From contig JALDTO010000146.1 in the NCBI GenBank assembly GCA_023515725.1, forward strand, positions 868,001 to 932,000: a stretch of 64,000 bases of DNA, in the 5' to 3' direction. A program made the position numbers and the translations under genes. Positions 39,697-48,684 of this stretch are shown here, piece after piece. How positions within the stretch are numbered: position 1 is the first letter of the stretch; the number at the start of each line of letters is the position of its first letter. The DNA is from Amoeboaphelidium protococcarum X5. Lineage: Eukaryota; Fungi; Aphelidiomycota. Below the pieces are notes generated by a model. It was given only the letters and a program-made list of their open reading frames with translations. It was not told the origin of the DNA and made no database searches.

Positions 39697-40846
39697 TCAT
39701 AGATCACTCTCAATCTCTAGTATCTTCTCAATAGCTTCCTTTACATCTTCCACAATGAGTTTGGGCGTGATTAGTTCTTTAAGTCGATCTTTGCTATTAT
39801 GCTTCGTAATTGACGACGGAAGGTGGTACTTGCGAGGAGATTGGAAGCCTTAATCTTCTTACCAAACTCCCGTCTTCACCAGCACTGACTGCCATCCGGC
39901 TTGATTAGCACCGACGATATCAGAAGAAACATTATCTCCGACACCATAGACTCGCTCAATCGCTGATTAACTACCAGTCTACTCTCGGAACTGCTGCTTT
40001 GCATAATCATACATCGCCTTGAACGGTTTGCCATACTCAGCGGCCACCACCAAATTGTGTCCGGTAAGCTCGTAATACAAGCGTTCCATTGACAGTCTAA
40101 ACGCGCCCTGAGCGAATCGAGGCACCGAGAAATCATTAGCCCAAGTAAAGTCAGGATTGGAAAAGTACAATGGCACAGACTAGCGAAAGTCGGGCTAGTG
40201 ATGTGATGGCGACAAAGTTCCTAGGTACCCATCCTCTGATCTAAGAACATCACAAGCCACCTGAACATCTAATCCCCAATCGCGACTATCATGACATATG
40301 AAAACAGCACGAAATGGCGTGTCGTTGATATCAAACGGGGCCGCGCTTTATGGCACCTGACGAAATGGCCAAATCGATGGATGCCAGCTGAGAACTTCGG
40401 GAGACATCACAGGGCGTTTAAATCCGTACGAAAGCATCACTTCCTTGCATGAAGCGGGACCTATTACCAGAATAGGGAAATCTCTTAGCTCAGGAACCGC
40501 AGACAGCGATCGCATCGGAGTATGACACTAGATCATACGATCAGCATCAACAGGCATTCCAATAACGGCAGACAGCTTATCCGCCTTCTTCTTCTCCAGC
40601 AATCCTCCGCCATTAGTGAGGAAGACATGAGGTATTTGGCGATTATGTTTATTGTCTCCATTCAACATTTCCAATGCTCGACGCGTTCCTTTGAGACATT
40701 AGCCACCTCTAATGAGGACACCTACACTGCAATGTTAAGAATATACATTACACAGTTTTATGTAAATACGTACCATCAATGTCCAAGGCAACTCCAAACT
40801 TGGATGTAGACGCAAAACGCGACTTTTAAATTAATCTGATGCTCAT
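39697..40846 (-). CDS. HAD-superfamily IIA hydrolase (CECR5/HDHD5-like), probably mitochondrial
   Basis: FGVALDIDG, FLTNGGG, HDSRDWG, FSNPDFTWAN, RFAQGAF, YGKP, MVGDNVSSDI; one 5' intron. Confidence 0.85.
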
Positions 40847-40951
40847 TGAACGTTAGAATATACAACACTTGGCACTTTAATGATTGATTTTAAGATCTGT
40901 GGATACGTTTAAAAAGAAGATTGCGTCAAGTAGAGAAATTTGTAACAAATA

Positions 40952-42221
40952 TCACTATATCTAATCTCCTTTCAGATAAGCACCAAGGGCTCCTAAATAG
41001 CTTTCGTGTCTAAGAAAGTATGCCTGCATGGAGCTATTGGACCAATACTTGACAGCAAATGACAGAGTTCTCATTGTCTCTGGATGGCCGCGAATATATG
41101 AGCCACCAAAGTAGATATTTTTCACGTTATGAACTTTAGCGTTCAAGTACGCAATCTACCCTATATTGTTACTCACCATAAATAACAGGCTACACATAAC
41201 GCGTTAATTCTTAACCAATTAAGATATAAATTGGAAAGTTGAGTATAAAGACCAACCTTTTGGCAACATCTGACGGATTTAACTGTAGATTTTCAGTGTC
41301 AGAGTCTCGAGATGAAGACAGTGGCATTCTAAAGACTTTACCAAACGAACTTGCGATAGTGCTCGCACTAAGACCAACTTTAGAATAATCTGTGCCATAT
41401 ATATCTCCAACCATCATGTCCACAGTTCTGTTATCACCGCTCTCACTCATCTTCAACATGTCATCAAAAGTCTCTGCCCTGGTTAATACTTTCAGCAGTC
41501 CCCACAGAGTCCCTCCTCCCAGCGATGAACCTACAAAAATTGTACTTTAACACGTTCAGCAATTGAATGCCTATCACAACTTAACAATATCCTACCGCTG
41601 ACACGTTAAAATGAACTGGGCGAGTCAACTTTGAGAATTGAGACACCACTGCCAATGTTGACCAGGAGATATGGAAATCGACAACTAGACGGTGGCCCTG
41701 CAACTTCATACTGGATGGGGAGAGAGTCGCTATAAGTGAACACTTCATTCTTCACCTCTGAAATCAGAAAAGATAGCCCAGTGATAAGACAGTCCATCTC
41801 ATCCTCCTTCTCAAGGCATTTTACCCCGGTCGCTTCAAGAAGATGTGCAAACTTGTACGATCCTCCGCCAGTTGCTTTCAAAATTATACCGCTGTCCTTA
41901 CTAGCAAGCTATCGGATAAAATCCACACACATTTCAATATTCTGAGTCTCAAAATGATGAAAGTTTAAACATCCACCAGTACTTGATTATTCGCTTGGTG
42001 CATCAGCAGCGCTATTTTGATTTTTCACAAAGTGGACCACTTTGGCCAAAGTTCCGCCTACACAAAATGTTAATCATAATACTTGAGTTATATGTTTATA
42101 ATAAGCCTTGAAATGAGTATGCAGTCTTACCAATATCCACAGCGACAATAGAACGGCCATTCTATTTGTATGGAAGGTCTATTGCGCGTTCGTCGACAAG
42201 TTCTGCTTAAGTCGCGTTCAT
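40952..42221 (-). CDS. CAB1: Type II pantothenate kinase (fumble)
   Basis: VAVDIG/GTLAKVV, KATGGGSYKF, EDEMDCLITG, PYLLVNIGSGVSI, SSLGGGTLWGL, IASSFGK, YFLRHE; three introns. Confidence 0.92.
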
Positions 42222-42352
42222 TGTCGCCAACTTTTGTGTTGGGAGACGATAGACCTTTGCTGTAACTCGTGGTATCATCACGATAGAACAATAACCTGTA
42301 AATAAAGTATTGAAAATTAAATAAATAAAGAAATTAAATACAGTAATTATAA

Positions 42353-43936
42353 TCATTCAAAAGTCACCTTGAAGCGAGACTTTTTGCCGTTGCAGTTAAT
42401 AGGCACACGCTTCATCGTCTCAGTATCATCGTCGTTCTCAAATTCGCCTGATGGTGGGTACGGCTGATCTTCAGTTGAAGCAGCATCAAGCTCTGTGGAC
42501 TCGCTAACATTAAAGCGACCTTTCTTGACGGTACTAGATAATTTGCCAGCTTGTTGATTTAAATTCTGATTTTCTTTGTCTGCTGACAAAGATCCGGCAG
42601 ATTACTACTCTTCCAGTCCGACCTTCTCCATCATTCGGTTGAGAGCATCAGCCTCCACTGTTGAAAAGTCCCAACTGACACCACGACCGCTTGACTTCTG
42701 AGACTCATTAGGCTTCTTAACATTACGCTCAAGAAGAGGTTTAACGTGGTCAAGTAGAGTCTTCACCAGATAATCTTTCCGCTTGGCCTATTTGAAAAAA
42801 GCATGCTCAAGCAGTTTCTTGGCGGAGAGTCTTTTACGAGGATCTTTCACCAGGCACGCGTCAATCATTTACTGGAACAATTTAGAGTACTTGTGATTAG
42901 CCCCGTCTCTATCCAGACGTGGAGGGTCATGATTCAGAGTGAGCATCAACACTTTCAGCGGAGGATAGTGCGAGTAAGGTGCGCGACCATACGCCAACTC
43001 CAAGGCTGTTATACCAAAAGACCAAATATCAGCCTTACAGTCATAACCACTCTTTGACTACCCGGTGCTCAATACTTCTGGAGCAATGAAGCACGGTGTC
43101 CCGACAAAAGTCTTGCGCTGACTTCCTCTCTCGCCATACTCTGCCAAAGAGCTACTCACACCAAAGTCGGCGAGGTAGACGCTACCATCAGAGTCAATCA
43201 ACAGATTACCAGACTTGACATCACGATGGATATGATTGTTTCGATGCAGATAATCCAGTCCCTGAAGTGCCTACTTGAGTATTGTCGCGATAGATACTTC
43301 ATCAAGGCCATCTTGAAAACCGTTACGCAGAATATCCAAACACGAACCAACCTCAATGAACGGAGCAACAATGTACAGGAAATGATCTTTGACAAATGAA
43401 GCATAGACTGGCAATAGATTAGCATGCCGACACAGAGTCATAATTTGCAGTTCACGACGCAGTTCATCAATCTGATTACGCTCAAACATGTCCAGATCAA
43501 TCATCTTGATCGCGACTTACGCGTCCGTAGGCTTGAACTTTGCAATATAAACAGTGGCAGAAGAGCCATAACCCACAACACTACCAAGTTCATAATCCTG
43601 AGGATTCATAGACACCAAAAGATTGTGCTGATTCTCCTAACAAAGAGATTCCTGGTCATCTTTATTCAAACCGCCAGTGATATTAGCCAGTATTCCTTAA
43701 CCAGATTGGTACTACAGAGAGGTCTTTCGCGCCAGAGACTGAAATTTCTGGGACAATGACTCTTTGCGCCTGTGATTATTAGCCAACTGATTATTACTAA
43801 TCAGAGATATACCACTGCTCAGACTGCGGTTATGTCCTCTCTTTGCAGCCGGTGACGACTAACCTTCCTGATGATTACTATCACGGCTGGTGGACCTTTA
43901 CGGGGACGTTGATGAATTTGATGATGATGATGACAT
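42353..43936 (-). CDS. STE20-family kinase, OSR1/SPAK/Fray-like
   Basis: [49 protein letters not shown] motif; TGA 42353-42355. Confidence 0.88.
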
Positions 43937-44546
43937 GATGATTCTACTTCACGCTCGCAGGTAAGTAAATAGAAATTACAATTCAAATCAACAACAGATG
44001 AATTGTAAATAAATAAAAACAACTTAAAGAGAAAAAGAAGAGCTAATGAGGCTGAGATTATTGTTATATATTCGTCGATTGAATAGTCAATCAATGAACA
44101 CAACCAATTTAGGCGATCTGGCCAATCACATGAAAAGCTGTGCTGTTACAGTCCGTTTCAGCACAATGTCCGATCCACTGAAAAAATTGTGAACCGTTTC
44201 AAAAAACGACGGAGTTTTATGAACTTTCCTATTATAGTTAAAATTCGGACTCGAAATGCCAAAATATACGCGTAATTTAGGCAACTCTTGATGACTTAAG
44301 TGACATCGATAATGCCGTAAAAGTTCTTTATTACATACTCTTCCAAGTCAAGCATTAAGTTCATTGCCATCAATAAACTATTGTAGTAGTCAAGTGATGG
44401 ATAGTAGTGGCGTGAATCTTTTTCTAGTTGCTAATGTAGCTCTTTGAATCTTGGTTATTTTCCATAAAGTGCCAAGAAAAAAATTCAATTTCCACGTTAC
44501 TAAATGTGGCTTGCTTTTTTGAATCCAATTATTACTTACTTATGCC

Positions 44547-44553
44547 TATAAAA
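44547..44553 (+). promoter_or_regulatory. Putative TATA box of the Fanzor-like ORF
   Basis: TATAAAA starting 70 nt upstream of ATG 44617, followed by a pyrimidine tract. Confidence 0.5.
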
Positions 44554-44616
44554 GCGCCAGACAGTACACATTTCCTTCTTCTTCTTCTTTCTTATCTAAC
44601 TTACCATAAATATAAA

Positions 44617-45942
44617 ATGGCAAATAAAGTTACACGTAAATGCAAACTGAACACCGCCTTGAATCTTGACGATGGTGATAAGGAGATATTGATATCACAG
44701 ATTCGACTGAGCTCTGTGCATCTCACCTTTGCATCGCGTCTGATTTACCTCAGTCTTTATGTTTGGAATGAAGCTGGCAAGGCACTACCTGAACTATCTC
44801 ATCAGTAGTATTTTGTGTCAATGCTGGAGTATCTCTGCAACTCTGCTTTCCATCGCGACAATGATCACACGCGAATGCTGGCTGAAGCAATTGCTCCTGA
44901 AGTGCGATAGAGATTGAGACACGAGAGCCTGATTGGTCCAAATCCAAATTTATATCTGTTTCAAGCGCGTAAGATCATTCAGGTCATCTCCTGGCATCTT
45001 ACAGAGACCTTATGGGTGTATTAGAAGAAGGTGATTAAAGCTTAAATGGAGGCCTTTAATGTAAAAGGCCGAAGGCTTACCGTGTTTCTATAGCTGCTCA
45101 ACTCTCTGCTGACTGAAGAAGCTGTTAACACGATGGAACACTTTGGGGGCGAGTACTTGGAGATTAATCCCGCAACATAGATCCATTAGCCTCCTGATTA
45201 CGATGCTGGTGAAGATGATGAGACAATTGCGCAATAAGATGCTGCTAACAAGGACGAGTCGCTGCAATTGTTATAGGTTGAAGAAGTTCGGCACTTAGTC
45301 TCCATACATCGTCACCATTTATTGGATATTGTCACCACTTCCTTTTAAGACAAAGCTCCGAGAAAACGCTATAGTAAAAGAAAATAGGAGTCCTCGCGTC
45401 AGCTGAAAGGATCTATCGGTTTCAATAGATAGAAATCTGGTAAGCTGAAGGAGCGTGATTTCCACCACAACTACATTCCATCAAGAGCACACCATGCATT
45501 TTAGAATCAGGCTGGCTAAAAAGGTTTAGTACAGTATCTCATATATTTGCGTCAAACCCTTAAGGAACTGGGCTTGTCATCATTCAAGATTTTCCCTACT
45601 GGTACCGATGTTCCGCGCCACATCAGCTTTGACAATAGAGTTTTGGCTCAGTGGGGGTTTGGGCAATATCGTCTGGGCAATCAGCCGGCGGAGTAGGAGG
45701 AGCATGTGTAGACGCAAGAGGAAGAGAAGCAATGTATCTTGAAGTTGAAAATGGGTCTTTTGCGGCGGATGGCGAATTTCTAAGACGTCAGTATCAGCTC
45801 TGATGGTTTTGCGTGCTCTGTTTCAGTTTCAGATCAAGGTGGGAAAGCGTATGCCAACGAAGCTAAAGATCTGGAAAGTGTTGATCGTGTGATCAAACAA
45901 CGTACGTCTCAAGCCACAGTAGCAATGGCGCTGTGCCACTGA
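44617..45942 (+). CDS. Fanzor1-like protein (WED/REC portion) lacking the RuvC nuclease, 441 aa
   Basis: Open in code 6 with 17 TAR codons by my count. N-terminal KVTRKCKLNTAL; YLIYLRQTLKELG-FKIFPTGTDVPRHISFD and SISSDGFACSV recall the Fanzor FxLxP..PxHIxID and SIxTDGxSxS motifs. No DPG/E/CxxC/RD-N motifs before the TGA. Confidence 0.65.
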
Positions 45943-46005
45943 GGCTTACGTTGGAGTGCGAACTGTCGTCCACTCTCTTTTATATACTGTGAATCACTGT
46001 ATAAT
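45905..46005 (+). ncRNA. Candidate omegaRNA-like structured RNA overlapping the ORF 3' end
   Basis: Stems AAGCC(45911-15)/GGCTT(45943-47), GAGTG(45954-58)/CACTC(45971-75), CACAGTA(45915-21)/TACTGTG(45985-91); position matches Fanzor omegaRNA loci. Confidence 0.35.
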
Positions 46006-47411
46006 ATACAATCGTCTTCATTAATATATTCATTGTTTTAATAGTTAGTAACTACAAAACGCCTTAGAGCGAACAAAGGCTGCTTAATGGTTACTCGCGT
46101 CCTTTCTGAGCTGGTGATTGGATAGGTGCAGAGCTACGATAGCGAGTCGCGGTCTTACGGTACACAAGATGAGATGAAAAGATTGCTCGCAGGTTACTCC
46201 GGCGTGACTGGTTAAGACTCCTCTTGAAAATACATCTGCTGTTGCTGAAATGATCATATTCCTAGATCCGGAATCATTGACTTTGGATAGTGTGATTTGC
46301 ACACTTTTACTGTGTCTATATATGTTTGATTGGCTTTACGGCGTCAATTTGGTATGATATTCATCCAGCAGCCTTGTCAGATCTTTATGAAAATATGAAC
46401 AGGTGTATCTCGAGTTACGCTAGGGGCCAGTCGTTGTTTCGTTACATGCGAAGGCAGTGACTTGCTAACGATGCCTTGTCGATCGCGAACGGAATTGGAG
46501 CGAATAGTCACCGCATAAGTTGCTAGTAATGATTAATCTGTTGTCGTATATAGTGATTCAAAGCTTTTAAAATGAAAGTTTTTAATCGGTGTGTAAGTAA
46601 TCAGCAGAGAGCGTCCAAGTCTCTAACTGTTGTCAAGTGAAAGTTGATTGACGCGACTGGTTTTTCAAATGATTAAGCAGCTTTAGCAGCACTCTATCTA
46701 GATTGACGGCGCCAAAGTTATATGGACTGTGAACTATGTACGCTCTTAGCTCCAGATTGAAAGTATAGGCATTGTATTTCGAGAATTGGGATCGCGCGGC
46801 GATTAGGACCAACCCGTACTATTGTTGATTCAAGCGACGCGGCTTGATAACGAACGCATCCTCATCAGACTATTCTGCACAGTTGTAAAGTTGTTAAAGA
46901 CATAATTTTTTAAAGCAGAGAACATATGACTACGAGGACGATATGTCCGTAAGCTGATCAACTCGCGCTCAAGTTGCGGACCACTTGTCGTTACTCCATT
47001 CAACCTCGCCAACTACAGAGGATAGAGGGAATGCCTGGGAACAAGTACTGTAAATGAGTAACCACACAAGAGCAACTTTGAGTGGATGCAGAAATGAAAT
47101 CTATTCACCGTTGAACAACATTTTGAAATAGTAATTGCGTATTTGTACAGCATGAGATTTCCAATTCATGTTACAGTCGTGCAGACTGATCAATGATCTT
47201 TGCCTATTGTGGCTGAGCAACGTTCCCACGCCTCCTCAAGATTATACAATCAAGTTCTCACGATAGATGAGATCCATCTCTTTTGATCATCGTGTTAATA
47301 TAGTATTCAACTTATTTACACGTTTTTACCTTGCTTGTCTGGTTAGATCCTGTATAGTCAGTCTAAGTTTCCCCTGTCTAGTATATCAAGTAGTCCCGAT
47401 ATAGCATTCAT

Positions 47412-47709
47412 TGTTAGCACACGCGTCGATCAAGTATCAACAACTGACTCTGTGGGGCTTAGATGATCAACATTGTTTCAAGTGCGCGCCTCTCTCATCA
47501 TTGACGTCTCGAATAGGCAAGTATCTGCAGTATATTTGCGCGCCACTTATGAACATTGATTTCTTCCACTTAACGTGTTAATAGAGTATTTATCTTATTA
47601 ACATATTTTATCTTCCTGTACTTCTGTTGGTGTCTCTGTTTGACTCTTAATCTTTGTATATAGCTTCCCGTCTTTTCCTATTGTGTTTATAGTCTGTCCT
47701 AGAGTATCA
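47412..47709 (+). repeat. 5' LTR
   Basis: TGTTAGCAC...AGAGTATCA; no difference found from the 3' LTR by eye. Confidence 0.95.
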
Positions 47710-47710
47710 C

Positions 47711-47720
47711 TTAACACGTT
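47711..47720 (+). other. Self-priming primer-binding site
   Basis: TTAACACGTT is the exact reverse complement of LTR-internal AACGTGTTAA (47572-47581); no TGG tRNA-type PBS. Confidence 0.75.
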
Positions 47721-47733
47721 CTCTGTAATAGTA

Positions 47734-48684
47734 ATGTCTGGCACTAACACTCCTCCCGTTGATATCAATTAACTGATGGCCATTAATCAGCAGCTCTAGA
47801 ATTAAATATAATTCCTCTCTGACTAAATGACTTTATTACAACATCACGCTGCGCACTCAACTTCATCAGCGCCGCCTCCGCCATCTGCATTATAGAAGCG
47901 TTAAATTGTCTATCCTGAGAAATTCGATGGTAATGTAACTGAGTTCCGCTCATTCGTCAATTAATGCTAATTGATGTTTGACTTACATCCTGAAGCGTTT
48001 GCATCTGATGACATCAAAATCAAGACTGTTGGCTCTTTGCTCTGCAAGAAGGCAAGCAAGTACTATGATCCGATTATCGAATAGCCGGACCAGTACAAGG
48101 ATGAGCTGAAATCTTATGATTCATTCATTTAGTGCCTTAAGGATTGGTTATGCCCCGCTAACTAGCGTGATAATGATGAGAAAGCACTACGTAAGCTGAA
48201 ACAAGGCACTTCCTCTGTCTCCGCCTATGCGGCTGAATTTAGATATCTCTCTTCTGGAATAGGTTGGAATGATACTTCCTTAAAGTCTGAATTTAGAGAA
48301 GGATTGAACAATGATGTCAGACTGCTTATGTTATCTACGGATGAGCCGGAGTCTTTGTCTGAGTTGGTAAAATTAGCCATCCGTTGTGGCGAACGCGTTG
48401 CTGATATGAAGGCCTTAGGTGGTGGTTATCGTCACTTCAGAAAGTAGCATTCATCCAGTGGATCTTCTACTGCTTCTGCTTATTCTAACTCTTCTACTTC
48501 TGCTTCTCATTCTTCTTCTGGCCCTTCTCATCCAGACAATATGGAAATTGATCAAGTAAAGCGTGGTCCTCTGTCTGCAGAAGAACGCCAGCGTAGACTG
48601 ACTGAGAGATTATGTTTATACTGCGGTGGTGCTGGACATATTAAATCTGACTGCTCTGTGTTGAAGAATCGTACTCAAGGGTGA
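47734..48684 (+). CDS. gag: Retrotransposon Gag
   Basis: PEKFDG...FVNQCQL, LKQGTSSVSAYAAEF, FREGLN, MEID, zinc knuckle CLYCGGAGHIKSDC; TGA 48682-48684. Confidence 0.92.

Noticed and set aside
44148-46001. TA|CAGT ... ACTG|TA as Tc1/mariner-type ends around the Fanzor-like ORF
   Set aside because: The inverted match is only about 6 bp and does not extend into a real TIR; element ends cannot be defined from one copy
46250-46280. IIFLDPE as a displaced Fanzor RuvC-I (DPG) motif
   Set aside because: It lacks the Gly, is in a different frame flanked by TGA stops, and no RuvC-II/III or zinc-finger motifs follow
48682-48684. Selenocysteine decoding of the gag-pol UGA
   Set aside because: Not a catalytic Cys position and no SECIS recognised; readthrough or mutation is simpler
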